From contig JAYTOU010000057.1 of the NCBI GenBank assembly GCA_043747615.1, positions 1 through 64,000 of the forward strand: a stretch of 64,000 nucleotides of DNA, written 5' to 3'. The stretch comes from Myxococcales bacterium (lineage in GTDB: Bacteria > Myxococcota_A > Polyangia > Polyangiales > Polyangiaceae). The notes below the pieces were generated by a model. The model made no database searches, had not been told where the DNA came from, and saw only the letters and a list, made by a program, of their open reading frames with translations. Below are positions 43,320 to 54,144 of the stretch, in pieces (position 1 is the stretch's first letter; every line of letters begins with the position of its first letter). Both the position numbers and the translations under genes were made by a program.

Positions 43320-46300
43320 CTCGCTGCCCGCGCAGCCCTGTGAAGCCCGGTGCAGATCGCAGTGCGGAGCTCGGCGTAGGTGTCGCTGACCACGAACTTG
43401 GCGATCTCGCTCGTCCACTCGTACGGCGTGAGATCGCCCGGGCCGCGCTCCCCCTGCACCGCGCGGTGAGCGGCTTTCACGGTACCGGCTAGCACGAGCC
43501 CTGCGCGCGACGTCGACATGTCCGCGAGCTGCGACCACCGTTTCACGTCGAGCTTCGACGCCGACGCGAGCGCACCTTGCACGATGCCCCTGAGCTCGTC
43601 GACCTCCGCGGGGCGAGCGGCAGCGAGGAACGCGGCGTCCGATGTCGCGGCAGAACCCTCTGTGACACGGACCACCATGTGGAGCAGCTCTTTCAGCTCC
43701 GAGATCGTCGGGAAAAGAGCGCGTGCCGCGAGCTCGGGCTGAAGCTCTGCGATGTGTTTTCCCACCAGGAACGCCGTCTCGTGGGAGGAGAGGCCGGTCA
43801 CGAGATCCATCGAGACGAAGAGGGAGGGAGCGACGGCGAGCGCGGGCGCCATCGGGACGTTGAGCGGCGCATTGACGCCCCCACGCGCGTAGAGCGCGGG
43901 CGCGGTCACTCCGAGAATTTCGGCTCCATCGAGGAAAGCGCGGAGCACGTGGTACGAGCGATCGCTCTGGTCGTCGCCGACCTGAGGACCGAGCCACTTT
44001 GCGTGAGCCTTCGGGGACAGGCCGGCGAGCTTCGCGCGCACCACGATGGGCGCCGCCAGGCTGAAGATCGCAGTGAGCACCGGGTCGAGCTCGGGATGGA
44101 GAATGTGGGTATCCCAGGCCCCCGCGCTCAGCGTCCCCGGTACTTCCTCGAGACGCGTCGCAGGGTAGCTCGCGTAGAAGGTCGCTTGCTCGTCGCTCAG
44201 GTGCCGGGCATCGAGGTGTGCGAGAAGGTCGACGGCGCACCACGCGCGATCGAAGGCGCCCTGCCGGAGGAAGAGCGCATAGAGCTCTCGGTAAGGCGCG
44301 AGATCGTGGGGATCTCGGTCGACGCTGACCCGGGTGAGATCGACGGCCGTCGGCAAGTCACCGGTGAGCACCAGGAGCTCGGTGATGATCTTCCGATTTT
44401 CTTCGTCGTCGGGCTTGAAGCTTTGGGCCGCGCGAAAAGACGCGAGTGCGTTGCGCGCATCACCCAGGCGATCGCGGTAAACGAGACCGAGCTGATGACA
44501 GATGGCGTGCTTTAGGTCTACGTCCTCTTCGACGCTGCGATCGTTGTCGGCCGCGAGGCGTTTCAACATCGCGCGGTATGCCCCCTCGAGAGCAGGCCAA
44601 TCTCTGCGCTCGGTGTGGATGCGCACGATGCGCTCGAAGGCATCGAGACGCGTGGCGTCGAGCTCGAGCGTCTCTTCGAACAGCTGCGCCGCCCACGCGA
44701 CGTTGCTGAGTTTGTCGCGAACGAGCTGGGCCAGCGCATAAACGGCCTTGGCCTTCTTTTCTTGGGCATCTTCGAGATCGGCGATGGCGCGCAGCGTGCG
44801 AGCGAGGTCCGCCCAGCTCTGAAGTTTTTCGTAGAGCGCGAGGAGTGTGTAAAGGACGCGGTGATCGCCGGGACGAATCCGTAGCGCTTCTTCGTAGGCG
44901 TGCGTGGCGGGCTCGAGATCATGCGCGCGCTGAGCCCAGAGGTCTCCTGCTTCGACCAGCAGGGAGAACTGTTCCCCGTCGTCACGGCTGCCGAGGGCTT
45001 GTTTCTCTTTGTGGTTTGCGGCGAGCTCGAACATGCCTCGAGCGGCGAAGGCCTCGGCCAGCCGAGCATGCGCCTGCGGTTGGTAGGCATCGAGCACCAG
45101 GGCCTTACGAAAGAGCTCGAGCGAGCGGCCTTCGTCGCCCAAGGCGGCTGCGATCTCGCCCAGCATCACGAGGGAGTGAGCGCCGAGCCCCGTGGCATCG
45201 TCGAGCAGGGCCTCGAGCTCCTGGGTCGCGCGCGCGAGGATCTTTGGCGTGGCGAGCAGCCGATGCGCGGACGCAATGACCTCTTGTCGAACGCGCGTCG
45301 CTTTCGGCATCAGGTCGTAGGCTGCGACGGCGGCGAGCAGGGCGCGCGGAGGATCCGACTCGGCCATCGCGATCTTCCCTGCGAGGGCGAGGAGCTCGCA
45401 AGCCCGCTCGATCTCGCGGTCGCGCGTCGCTGCATGGACGAGGAGCTCACACGCTGACGAAGCCTCGCGCCAGCGTTCGGTGCGCACGTACACGTCGAGG
45501 AGCGCGCCCGCTGCGACTTCGTTCGTCGGGTCGGCCAGAACGGCTTGTTCGTATGCTTCGTACGCGCCGCGCTCGTCCCCGAGCTCCTCGAGAAGGAACA
45601 TCGCCAAGTCAACGTAGAGCAGTGCTTTTAAGCGCCCCGATTCCGTGTAGCTTGCACGCATCTGCAAGCACTCACCGACCCGGGTGACCTCCCCCGCACG
45701 CTCGGCGTGGTGCTGGATGGCTTGCCATGCGGAAAGGAGCGTCGGGTCGAGATCGACCGCGTGCTCGAAATGGAGCCGCGCCGTAGTTGGATCGCGATCG
45801 TCGATGGCCAGCATCTCGCCGATCGCCGCGTGGATCTGGGCCCGCTTGACCGGATCCCGGGTCTGCTCGGCGAGCTCGGCACGGAACGCCGCCGCCGCCG
45901 GGAAATCGCCCGTCTTTTCGCTCAGTCGCGCGAGCTCGTAAAGCGCACGCTTGTTCTTTTCGTGGGCCCCGCTCGCCGCGAGCAGCGCCGCTACTGCCGC
46001 CCCGACGTCGCCCCTCATCTGCTCCTGGATTTCGGCGACCTGGAGGAAAATCCGCGCGCGCGTCTCTCCCGCTTCGGTGATGCTGGCCCGCTGCTCGAGG
46101 GCGCGCACGAGCTCGTTCCAGGCACGCATCGCCCGGTAGCAGCGCTCGACGCCGTCACGCGCTTCGTTCCTCGTGGGATCGAGCGCGAGGATCTGCTCGA
46201 ATTTCTGTGCCGCCATCTGGGGCTTGAGGAAGCGTTCCTCGTAGATCGCCGCGATGCGCAGGAGCGACGTCGTGCGCTCGTCATCGTCTGCTGCAACTTC

Positions 46301-47170
46301 GACCTGCCGCTTGAGGACCTCGATGAGATCGGTGTATTTTTCCTGGGCGCCGTAGATCCGTTCGAGCCCTTGAAGCGCCGTGAAGGCATTCGGGGGATCG
46401 GCCGCGACCGCCGTCTTGTAGCGCTCTTCCGCGCGATCGAGCCGCGCCATTCCCTCGAAGAGGTAGCCGAGCGCGAACGCCGTCGTGCACTTGGCTTCGT
46501 TCGTCTCGGCGCGAAGGAGGGCGCGCTCGAGCTCGTCGCGTTGCCCCTCCCAATCATTTTGCTGACGGTAGACGCTCGCCATCCGGCGATGCACGGCGGG
46601 GTGCGTGGGATCGATCTCTCGAATTTTCGCGAGGTACGCATCTGCAAGGTGGGGCGCCGCGAGCTCGTCGCGGTACCAGGCGGAAAGGTGGCTCGCCAGG
46701 CCGAGCACGCGCGCCGGTTCCGTCTCGGCGGCGAGGAGGGTCTTTGCCGTCTCCACCAGCTCGGGCCAGCGGAGCAGCTTTCGGGCAAGGGCACGGAGGG
46801 GCGTGTAGATCGCCGGGTCGAGAGGATCGGCGGTGAAGGCTTCGACCAGCGCATCGAACGCTTGGTCCTCGTCATCGAGCCTGTCGGAAAAGACGTTGGC
46901 CACGAGATGAAAGAGGCGGGCCCGCTCCTTGGGGTCACCCGCGGCGCTTTCGATCTCGTGCACGTAGAGCTCAATCAAGTCTTCCCAGCGCCCCTCGGCG
47001 GTAAGCCGAGCTTCCGTCGCCGAGGCCCCCGTGGACCGCGCGCGCTTCTCCGAAAATGGCGGAATTTTCCCAGCAGTCGCTGGGTAAACGGCTCCCCACA
47101 TGGTGTCCCTGCGATCCTCGGGGGTCACCACGTCCACCTCTATTTCCAGCGCCTCGTCGGGTCTTGACAT
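43316..47170 (-). CDS. large myxobacterial TPR protein (1284 aa)
   Basis: Many TPR-like repeats (ILALDP, VLADP, RIRPGD) and C-terminal RAGLVLAG..YAELR. Confidence 0.88.
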   Translation of the reverse strand: MSRPDEALEIEVDVVTPEDRRDTMWGAVYPATAGKIPPFSEKRARSTGASATEARLTAEGRWEDLIELYVHEIESAAGDPKERARLFHLVANVFSDRLDDEDQAFDALVEAFTADPLDPAIYTPLRALARKLLRWPELVETAKTLLAAETEPARVLGLASHLSAWYRDELAAPHLADAYLAKIREIDPTHPAVHRRMASVYRQQNDWEGQRDELERALLRAETNEAKCTTAFALGYLFEGMARLDRAEERYKTAVAADPPNAFTALQGLERIYGAQEKYTDLIEVLKRQVEVAADDDERTTSLLRIAAIYEERFLKPQMAAQKFEQILALDPTRNEARDGVERCYRAMRAWNELVRALEQRASITEAGETRARIFLQVAEIQEQMRGDVGAAVAALLAASGAHEKNKRALYELARLSEKTGDFPAAAAFRAELAEQTRDPVKRAQIHAAIGEMLAIDDRDPTTARLHFEHAVDLDPTLLSAWQAIQHHAERAGEVTRVGECLQMRASYTESGRLKALLYVDLAMFLLEELGDERGAYEAYEQAVLADPTNEVAAGALLDVYVRTERWREASSACELLVHAATRDREIERACELLALAGKIAMAESDPPRALLAAVAAYDLMPKATRVRQEVIASAHRLLATPKILARATQELEALLDDATGLGAHSLVMLGEIAAALGDEGRSLELFRKALVLDAYQPQAHARLAEAFAARGMFELAANHKEKQALGSRDDGEQFSLLVEAGDLWAQRAHDLEPATHAYEEALRIRPGDHRVLYTLLALYEKLQSWADLARTLRAIADLEDAQEKKAKAVYALAQLVRDKLSNVAWAAQLFEETLELDATRLDAFERIVRIHTERRDWPALEGAYRAMLKRLAADNDRSVEEDVDLKHAICHQLGLVYRDRLGDARNALASFRAAQSFKPDDEENRKIITELLVLTGDLPTAVDLTRVSVDRDPHDLAPYRELYALFLRQGAFDRAWCAVDLLAHLDARHLSDEQATFYASYPATRLEEVPGTLSAGAWDTHILHPELDPVLTAIFSLAAPIVVRAKLAGLSPKAHAKWLGPQVGDDQSDRSYHVLRAFLDGAEILGVTAPALYARGGVNAPLNVPMAPALAVAPSLFVSMDLVTGLSSHETAFLVGKHIAELQPELAARALFPTISELKELLHMVVRVTEGSAATSDAAFLAAARPAEVDELRGIVQGALASASKLDVKRWSQLADMSTSRAGLVLAGTVKAAHRAVQGERGPGDLTPYEWTSEIAKFVVSDTYAELRTAICTGLHRAARAAS

Positions 47171-47270
47171 CCTTCAACCGAACAACGTGTGCGAGAGTCA
47201 GGCCAACGATCTGCGTTCCGCGACCGGACGGACCGAAGGACCAACCAAGCAGAACTGGAAAAGAAGACGG

Positions 47271-47365
47271 TTGACGGGCTGTTACCGAAGACTAACGTTA
47301 GGTGTAGGGTTTCGAGTGACCGAAGGCGCGGGAGGTGCTTTATGAACCCGATCCTTTACGTAAGG
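47271..47365 (+). promoter_or_regulatory. putative promoter and two TNACGTNA dyads upstream of merR-isc
   Basis: TTGACG (47271) then 16 nt then TAACGT. Palindromes CTAACGTTAG (47292-47301) and TTACGTAA (47356-47363) have cores 63 bp apart. Confidence 0.5.
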
Positions 47366-47396
47366 TGTCGAAGACTCTAAAGGAACCTTCTCTGTC

Positions 47397-47924
47397 ATGA
47401 GCGTCCGCCTACCTCTTCTCGTTGAGCCCCCCGCTTCCGTACCGGATGTGGCAGACGACAGCCTGATGCAGGTTGGAGATCTCGCGCGCGAGACGGGGAA
47501 AACGATCCGGGCGATTCACCTCTATGAAGAGCTCGACCTCGTTACGCCCGCGGGTCGCTCGAAAGGGCGCTACCGCCTCTACGGTCCCGAGGCCCTCGTG
47601 CGCATCCGGTGGATCGGAAAGCTCCAAGACATGGGCTTCAGCCTCACGGACATCCAGACCGTGGTGAAGGACTGGGCGCAATCGGCCTCTGCACCGCACG
47701 CGATGGTAAAGATGAAAGAGGTCTACAAGAAGAAGCTCGCCGAGACGCAGGAGCACCTTCGCCGGCTCGCAGCTCTCGAGCGCGAGATCGCGGCGAGCCT
47801 CGTGTACCTCGACACCTGCGAGGTCTGCGATCCCGATCGCCTCCTCTCCGCGTGCAACGCGTGCGATCTGCATGCATGCACCGACCACGTCCCCGAGCTC
47901 GTCGCCGGGTTCCGCGCGAATTAG
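47397..47924 (+). CDS. MerR family regulator with C-terminal Cys/His cluster
   Basis: MQVGDLARETGKTIRAIHLYEE..GRYRLY, GFSLTDI, coiled coil, then CEVC-X8-CNAC-DLHAC-TDH. Confidence 0.92.
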   Translation: MSVRLPLLVEPPASVPDVADDSLMQVGDLARETGKTIRAIHLYEELDLVTPAGRSKGRYRLYGPEALVRIRWIGKLQDMGFSLTDIQTVVKDWAQSASAPHAMVKMKEVYKKKLAETQEHLRRLAALEREIAASLVYLDTCEVCDPDRLLSACNACDLHACTDHVPELVAGFRAN

Positions 47925-47987
47925 TCGCGCTCTGTCTCTGGTTCTCGCTCACGTTCTCGCCGCAGATTTTTGAAACAGGAAATTAGA

Positions 47988-49211
47988 ATGACCATCCAGC
48001 TCCCGATTTTCATGGACTACCACTCGACGACGCCGGTCGATCCGCGCGTCCTCGCCGAGATGATCCCCTACTTCACGGAGAAGTTCGGGAATGCGTCGAG
48101 CCGCAACCATGCCTTTGGCTGGGGCGCCGAAGAGGCCGTCGAATACTCCCGCGAGCGCATCGCCAAGCTCATCGGCGCGTCGAGCGAGAAGGAGCTCGTC
48201 TTCACCTCGGGCGCGACGGAATCGAACAACCTCGCCATCAAGGGCGTGGCCGATTACTACCGCGACAAAGGCGACCACATCATCACGTGTGTCACGGAGC
48301 ACAAAGCCGTCCTCGACACGTGCAAACGCCTCGAAAAAGAGGGGTTTCGCGTCACCTACCTGCCCGTCGCCAAAGACGGCCGCGTCGATCCCGACGATGT
48401 AAAAAAAGCGATCACTGACAAGACGATCCTCGTATCGATCATGCTCGCCAACAACGAGATTGGCTCCGTCCACCCGCTCTACGAGATCGGGCAGATTACC
48501 CGCGAGCGCGGCGTGCTCTTCCACTCCGATGCGGTGCAGGGCGCCGGCAAAATTCCCTTCGACGTCCAGAAGATGAACCTCGATCTCGTGAGTCTCACGG
48601 CCCACAAGATGTATGGCCCTAAGGGTGTCGGGGCGCTGTGGATCCGTCGCTCCAAACCGCGCGTTCGTCTCGTCGCCCAAATGGATGGCGGAGGCCACGA
48701 GCGCGGGAATCGCTCGGGCACCCTCAATGTTCCCGCGATCGTCGGGTTCGGCAAAGCCGCGGAGATCATGACGCTCGAAGGCCTTGAAGAATCGGCCGGG
48801 ATTCTCCGCCTGCGCGAGCGTCTCCGCACCAAGCTCCAGAACGCCCTCGACGAGACGTACATCAACGGCTCGATGGAGCATCGCCTGCCCGGAAACCTCA
48901 ACATCTCGTTCGCGTTCGTAGAAGGCGAAGCCATGATGATGGCCATCAAGGACGTGGCGGTGAGCTCCGGCTCGGCGTGCACCTCGGCCAGCCTCGAGCC
49001 GAGCTACGTGCTTCGCGCCCTCGGCGTGGGGGACGAGCTCGCCCACTCGAGCATTCGCTTCGGACTCGGCCGCTTCAACACCGAGGAAGAGGTCGACTAC
49101 GTCGCGGATCTGGTGATTGGCAAAGTGAACAAGCTTCGCGAAATGTCCCCCCTCTACGAGATGCACAAAGAGGGAATCGACTTGAAGACCGTCCAGTGGG
49201 CGGCCCACTGA
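47988..49211 (+). CDS. iscS: cysteine desulfurase IscS
   Basis: [45 protein letters not shown]-terminal SPLY..W. Confidence 0.97.
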   Translation: MTIQLPIFMDYHSTTPVDPRVLAEMIPYFTEKFGNASSRNHAFGWGAEEAVEYSRERIAKLIGASSEKELVFTSGATESNNLAIKGVADYYRDKGDHIITCVTEHKAVLDTCKRLEKEGFRVTYLPVAKDGRVDPDDVKKAITDKTILVSIMLANNEIGSVHPLYEIGQITRERGVLFHSDAVQGAGKIPFDVQKMNLDLVSLTAHKMYGPKGVGALWIRRSKPRVRLVAQMDGGGHERGNRSGTLNVPAIVGFGKAAEIMTLEGLEESAGILRLRERLRTKLQNALDETYINGSMEHRLPGNLNISFAFVEGEAMMMAIKDVAVSSGSACTSASLEPSYVLRALGVGDELAHSSIRFGLGRFNTEEEVDYVADLVIGKVNKLREMSPLYEMHKEGIDLKTVQWAAH

Positions 49212-49238
49212 TCATTTCCTGAAAAAGAGGACGACCCC

Positions 49239-49652
49239 ATGGCCTACAGCGAAAAAGTCATCGACCACGCAGAAAACCCCCGCAACGTGGGAACCCTCGA
49301 CAAGAACGATCCGAACGTCGGAACCGGTCTTGTCGGCGCGCCTGCATGCGGAGACGTGATGCGACTCCAGATCCGTGTCTCCGACGACGGCGTGATCGAG
49401 GATGCAAAATTCAAGACCTTCGGCTGCGGTTCGGCCATCGCGTCTTCGTCCCTGGCGACCGAGTGGCTCAAGGGCAAATCGGTGACCGACGCCGAGAAGA
49501 TCAAGAACGTCGACATCGTCAACGAGCTGAACCTTCCGCCCGTCAAGATTCACTGCTCGGTGCTCGCCGAAGACGCGATCAAGAGCGCCATCGATGATTA
49601 CCGAAAGAAGCAAGAGGCGCGTCGCATCGCGCTCGCCGCCAACGAAAGCTGA
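49239..49652 (+). CDS. iscU: Fe-S scaffold IscU
   Basis: MAYSEKVIDH, GAPACGD, FGCGSAIASSS, LPPVKIHC. Confidence 0.97.
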   Translation: MAYSEKVIDHAENPRNVGTLDKNDPNVGTGLVGAPACGDVMRLQIRVSDDGVIEDAKFKTFGCGSAIASSSLATEWLKGKSVTDAEKIKNVDIVNELNLPPVKIHCSVLAEDAIKSAIDDYRKKQEARRIALAANES

Positions 49653-49653
49653 G

Positions 49654-50055
49654 ATGGAGACCGAAACCACAAGGACGACCGAACAGAGCTCGTCAGGCGA
49701 ATCGCCTGCACCGGTCTCGCTTCATCCAGGCATCGAGGTTTCGCCCGCGGCGGTCGAGGCCATCCGCAAGCAGCTCGCCAAGCGAGGCACGCCCAGCGCA
49801 TCCCTTCGCCTGGGGATCCGCGGCGGGGGCTGTTCGGGCTTCACCTACGTGATCGAATTTCACGACGGTCCGCCGCGCCCTAAGGACCGCGTCTTCACGT
49901 ACGGGGATGTCAACGTCGTCGTCGATCCCAAGAGCCTCGTCTACCTCAGCGGCACGGTGCTCGACTGGGAGCACACGCTCATGAAGCAGGGTTTCAAGTT
50001 CGTGAACCCGCACGAAAAGACGAGCTGCGGCTGCGGTCACAGCTTTACGGTTTAG
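49654..50055 (+). CDS. iscA: A-type Fe-S carrier IscA
   Basis: GGGCSGFTY, FKFVNP, SCGCGHSF. Confidence 0.93.
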   Translation: METETTRTTEQSSSGESPAPVSLHPGIEVSPAAVEAIRKQLAKRGTPSASLRLGIRGGGCSGFTYVIEFHDGPPRPKDRVFTYGDVNVVVDPKSLVYLSGTVLDWEHTLMKQGFKFVNPHEKTSCGCGHSFTV

Positions 50056-50589
50056 GTGGATCCCTTCGCTACCCTTGGTGTTCCGCGCAGATTCGACCTC
50101 GATCTGAAAGCGGTCGAGAAGACGCATCGCGATTTGTCGCGCGCGCTTCACCCCGACAAATACATTGGAGCGGGGGCGAGTGAGCGCAAGGAGTCGCTCT
50201 CCAAAGCCGTGGAAGTGAATGAAGCGTGGCGCGCCGTGCGCGATCCGGTGACGCGCGCCGAGGCGCTCTTTTCCCTCGCGGGGATCCCTGTGGGGGAGAC
50301 GAACGAGCCCAAGGCGTCGAGCGCGTTTCTCATGGACATGATGGACCAGCGGGAAGCCCTCGCCGCAGCGAAAGAGAGCAAGGACGAGGCTGCGGTGAGC
50401 CGACTTGCTGCCGAGATCGAACGACGCAAGGAGGGCGTAGAACAGTCCCTCGCCGAAGGGTTTTCCACGGCCGGTGGCGATCGAGAAAAGCTCGCGTCGG
50501 TCGTCACGAAGCTCGGAGAGCTTCGATTTTACAAGCGCTTCCTCGAAGAGGTGAGCGCCATCGAGGAAGAGAGTCTCGATGCTTTTTGA
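50056..50589 (+). CDS. hscB: co-chaperone HscB
   Basis: J-domain [24 protein letters not shown]. Confidence 0.92.
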   Translation: MDPFATLGVPRRFDLDLKAVEKTHRDLSRALHPDKYIGAGASERKESLSKAVEVNEAWRAVRDPVTRAEALFSLAGIPVGETNEPKASSAFLMDMMDQREALAAAKESKDEAAVSRLAAEIERRKEGVEQSLAEGFSTAGGDREKLASVVTKLGELRFYKRFLEEVSAIEEESLDAF

Positions 50590-52459
50590 AATTTTTGATC
50601 CCAAAGCGCGCCCGCGTCCGATCGGAATCGATCTGGGTACGACCCACTCCCTCGTGGCCTGCGTACGCAACGAGCGGCCCGAGACGATCACCGATTGCGA
50701 CAACGAGGCCCTCCTTCCGAGCGTGGTCGCGTACTTGCGCGAAGGGGTGGTCGTCGGTCGCGACGCCAAGAAGGAAGCAGCGCTCCACCCGCGCGAGACG
50801 ATCGTCAGCGTGAAGCGCTTCATGGGTCGCGGCGCGAACGATCCCGAGACACGCGCGCTCGGCCCTTACCTGTTCGAGGACGCCAAAGAAGGCGAAGCAA
50901 ACGTGGTCCGCTTCCGGGTGGGCGATCGCTCGGTGACCCCGGTCGAGGTCAGCGCCGAAATTCTCCGCACCTTGAAACGGCTGGCCGAAGACGAGCTCCT
51001 CGCCGTCGGCGGCGCGGTGATCACCGTTCCCGCTTACTTCGACGATGCCCAGCGTCAGGCCACCAAGGACGCAGGCAAGCTCGCCGGGCTCGAGGTTCTG
51101 CGTCTCCTCAACGAGCCCACCGCCGCAGCGCTCGCGTACGGCCTCGAGAAAAAGAAGAACGGACACTTTGCCGTCTACGATCTCGGCGGCGGCACCTTCG
51201 ACATCACCATCCTCTTCCTCGAAGACGGCGTCTTTCAGGTCAAATCAACGGGTGGCGACAGCGCGCTCGGTGGCGACGACATGGACCGCCTCATCGCCGA
51301 GAAACTCTTCGCGCAGATGAAGGTCGCGTCGTCCGCGGCTCCGCCCGAGCTGGTTCGTGAAGTGCTCGACCTTGCGCGCAGCGTGAAACACGGGCTCACC
51401 ACCAAGGAGGTCGTGTCCGTCGACGGACTCGCCAAGACCGAAATTACTCTCAGTCGCGCAGAGATGGACGCTCTCATTCAGCCGCTCCTCGACCGCACCG
51501 GTGTCGCCTGTCGTCGCGCACTGAAAGACGCCGGGCTCAAGACCGAAGACCTCGACGGCGTGATCCTGGTGGGAGGCTCCACCCGGGTGCTCGCCGTTCG
51601 TGCGTACGTGAAAAAGATCTTCGGAGCGGAGCCGCTCGTCGACATCGACCCCGATCGAGTGGTTGCGCTCGGTGCGGCAATTCAAGCCGATTTGCTCGCG
51701 GGCGACGGCCAGCGAGACGAGGTCCTTCTTCTCGATGTTCTCCCGTTGTCGCTCGGGATCGAAGTGGGCGGCGGCGTCGTCGACAAGATCCTTCCGCGCA
51801 ACGTCACCATTCCTACCGGTGCCCGCGCTACCTACACCACTCAAGAAGACAACCAGACCGGCTTCGAGATTCACGTCGTGCAGGGAGAGCGCGAGCTCGC
51901 CGTCGACGGACGGAGCTTGGCTCGCTTCACCCTGAAGGGCATTCCACGGATGGCGGCGGGGATGGCGAAGCTGGAGGTCGCGTTCAACGTCGACGCCGAC
52001 GGACTCCTCAGTGTCGTCGCCAAGGAGACGACCACCGGAATCGAGCAAACGGTGAGTGTGAAGCCGACGTTCGGCCTCGACGACGACGCGGTCGAGAAGA
52101 TGCTGATCGACGCGCTCGATCATGGCGAAGACGATCTTAAGAAGCGCCGTGTTGCTGAGAATCGCGTGGAGGCGGAGCGCATCTTGGCGGTGACGGCGAA
52201 GGCCATGGTGGCGGATGCCGAGCTCCTCATCTCAGGGGAAAAAGAGGCGATCTCCAAGGCCATGAGCGCCCTCTCGGAAGCCGCGAAGAAGAGCGATGCG
52301 ACCAAAATGCACTCCCTAGTCGAAGCGCTCGACGCCGCGAGCAAAGAGTTCGCGACGCGCCGGATGAACCGCGCCATCGCACGCGCGATCGAAGGTCGGA
52401 AGGTGAGTGACATCGCCCCGCGACAGGTGAAGACGCAGGAACCGCATTCCCATGACTAA
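50579..52459 (+). CDS. hscA: Hsp70 chaperone HscA
   Basis: [55 protein letters not shown]; isc context. Confidence 0.94.
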   Translation: MLFEIFDPKARPRPIGIDLGTTHSLVACVRNERPETITDCDNEALLPSVVAYLREGVVVGRDAKKEAALHPRETIVSVKRFMGRGANDPETRALGPYLFEDAKEGEANVVRFRVGDRSVTPVEVSAEILRTLKRLAEDELLAVGGAVITVPAYFDDAQRQATKDAGKLAGLEVLRLLNEPTAAALAYGLEKKKNGHFAVYDLGGGTFDITILFLEDGVFQVKSTGGDSALGGDDMDRLIAEKLFAQMKVASSAAPPELVREVLDLARSVKHGLTTKEVVSVDGLAKTEITLSRAEMDALIQPLLDRTGVACRRALKDAGLKTEDLDGVILVGGSTRVLAVRAYVKKIFGAEPLVDIDPDRVVALGAAIQADLLAGDGQRDEVLLLDVLPLSLGIEVGGGVVDKILPRNVTIPTGARATYTTQEDNQTGFEIHVVQGERELAVDGRSLARFTLKGIPRMAAGMAKLEVAFNVDADGLLSVVAKETTTGIEQTVSVKPTFGLDDDAVEKMLIDALDHGEDDLKKRRVAENRVEAERILAVTAKAMVADAELLISGEKEAISKAMSALSEAAKKSDATKMHSLVEALDAASKEFATRRMNRAIARAIEGRKVSDIAPRQVKTQEPHSHD

Positions 52460-52823
52460 GGTGAGCTTCAAAGGTTACGGCGAGGTCGACGTACCCATCG
52501 GCACGTCTCTCCTCCAGGCCGCGCAGCAGCTCGGCGCTCCAGAGGGTTACGCGTGCGGCGGCGTCTGCGCCTGCTCCACGTGCCATCTATACGTCGCGAA
52601 AGGCGCCTCTCTGCTCTCCGAGCAAGAGGAAGAAGAAGAAGACATGCTCGACAAGGCCTTCGACGTGAGGTCCACCTCCCGCCTCGGATGTCAGTCGAAG
52701 ATCATGAAGGAAGGCCACGTCGAGGTGGAGATCACCCGCGAGAGCATCGAGGCCTTCGAAAACGAGCACCCCGAGGCCCGCGGCAAGTACACGACGTGGC
52801 GCACGCAGTCCGTGGAAAAATAA
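52452..52823 (+). CDS. fdx: ISC-type [2Fe-2S] ferredoxin
   Basis: [24 protein letters not shown]. Confidence 0.94.
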   Translation: MTKVSFKGYGEVDVPIGTSLLQAAQQLGAPEGYACGGVCACSTCHLYVAKGASLLSEQEEEEEDMLDKAFDVRSTSRLGCQSKIMKEGHVEVEITRESIEAFENEHPEARGKYTTWRTQSVEK

Positions 52824-52829
52824 CGGTTC

Positions 52830-54110
52830 CTAAATTCGCAGACCAGGCGCCGGGTAACTCGCGCAGACGCTCTTCACTTCGGCGGCCACTTTCGCGAGAA
52901 GCGCGTCGTCACCGGGGGCCGCGACCACGCGATCGATCCACTCGGCGACCTTGATCATCACCTCTTTGCCCATGCCGCGTGAGGTGACGGCGTGGGTTCC
53001 CAGGCGGATGCCGGACGGGTCGAACGGCTTTCGCGGATCGAACGGAATCGAGTTGTAGTTGAGCACGATGCCAGCCTTGTCGAGGGCCTTGGCGGCGACC
53101 TTCCCGGTGACGTTTTTGCTCGTCACGTCGACCAGGAGGAGGTGATTGTCCGTCCCGCCCGTGGTCACCCCGAAGCCGCGCGTCATCAGCGCCTCTCCGA
53201 GGGCGACTGCGTTTTCGACGATGGCTTTCGCGTACACCTTGAACGCCGGCTGCGCGGCCTCGTGTGCCGCGACGGCAATGGCTGCCGTCGTGTGGTTGTG
53301 CGGACCGCCCTGCAGTCCAGGGAAGACGGCTTTGTCGATGGCGGCCGCGTGCTCCTTTTTGCAGAAGATCATCCCGCCCCTCGGCCCGCGAAACGTTTTG
53401 TGGGTGGTGGACGTCACGACGTCGGCGATGCCGATCGGCGAGGGATGCACGCCCGTCGCAACGAGCCCAGAAATGTGTGCGATGTCGGCGGCGAGGATGG
53501 CTCCAACCTCGTCGGCGATCGCACGGAAAGCCTTGAAATCGATGGCGCGCGGGTACGCGGTGGTCCCGCACCAAAGGAGCTTCGGGCGGTGCTCCTTCGC
53601 GAGCGCGCGCACTTCGTCCATGTCGATGCGGCAGTCGCTCTTGCGCACGCCGTAGGGGACGCTCTTGAAATATTTTCCGGTGATCGACACGGCGTGCCCG
53701 TGCGTGAGGTGCCCGCCCGCGGGAAGGCTTAGCCCCATGATGGTGTCGCCCGCTTGGCAAAACGCGAGGTACACGGCGAGGTTCGCCGGGCTCCCCGAGT
53801 ACGGCTGCACGTTGACGTGCACGTCTGCCGGGCTCACCCCCGAGACCCCGCCGAAGAGGTTCTGCAGCCGCGTGATGGCAAGCTCCTCGACCTGATCGAT
53901 GACCTGCTGCCCCTCGTAGTAGCGCTTTTTCGCGTAACCCTCGGAGTACTTGTTGGTGAGGCAGGAGCCCGTGGCCTCCATGACCGCGCGCGACGCGTAA
54001 TTTTCGCTGGCGATCAGGCGGAGCGTCTCGTGCTCGCGTTGATTCTCGTCATCGATCAGCTTGGCGATGGCGGGGTCGAGCTCGGACAGGGACGGTTCAC
54101 GTGTCGTCAT
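52830..54110 (-). CDS. glyA: serine hydroxymethyltransferase
   Basis: LIASEN, NKYSEGY, GGHLTHG, TTHKTFRGPRGG, FPGLQGGP, SGIRLGT. Confidence 0.96.
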   Translation of the reverse strand: MTTREPSLSELDPAIAKLIDDENQREHETLRLIASENYASRAVMEATGSCLTNKYSEGYAKKRYYEGQQVIDQVEELAITRLQNLFGGVSGVSPADVHVNVQPYSGSPANLAVYLAFCQAGDTIMGLSLPAGGHLTHGHAVSITGKYFKSVPYGVRKSDCRIDMDEVRALAKEHRPKLLWCGTTAYPRAIDFKAFRAIADEVGAILAADIAHISGLVATGVHPSPIGIADVVTSTTHKTFRGPRGGMIFCKKEHAAAIDKAVFPGLQGGPHNHTTAAIAVAAHEAAQPAFKVYAKAIVENAVALGEALMTRGFGVTTGGTDNHLLLVDVTSKNVTGKVAAKALDKAGIVLNYNSIPFDPRKPFDPSGIRLGTHAVTSRGMGKEVMIKVAEWIDRVVAAPGDDALLAKVAAEVKSVCASYPAPGLRI

Positions 54111-54144
54111 GGATCTTTTCTATCCGTGATATGAAGGCTCGTCG

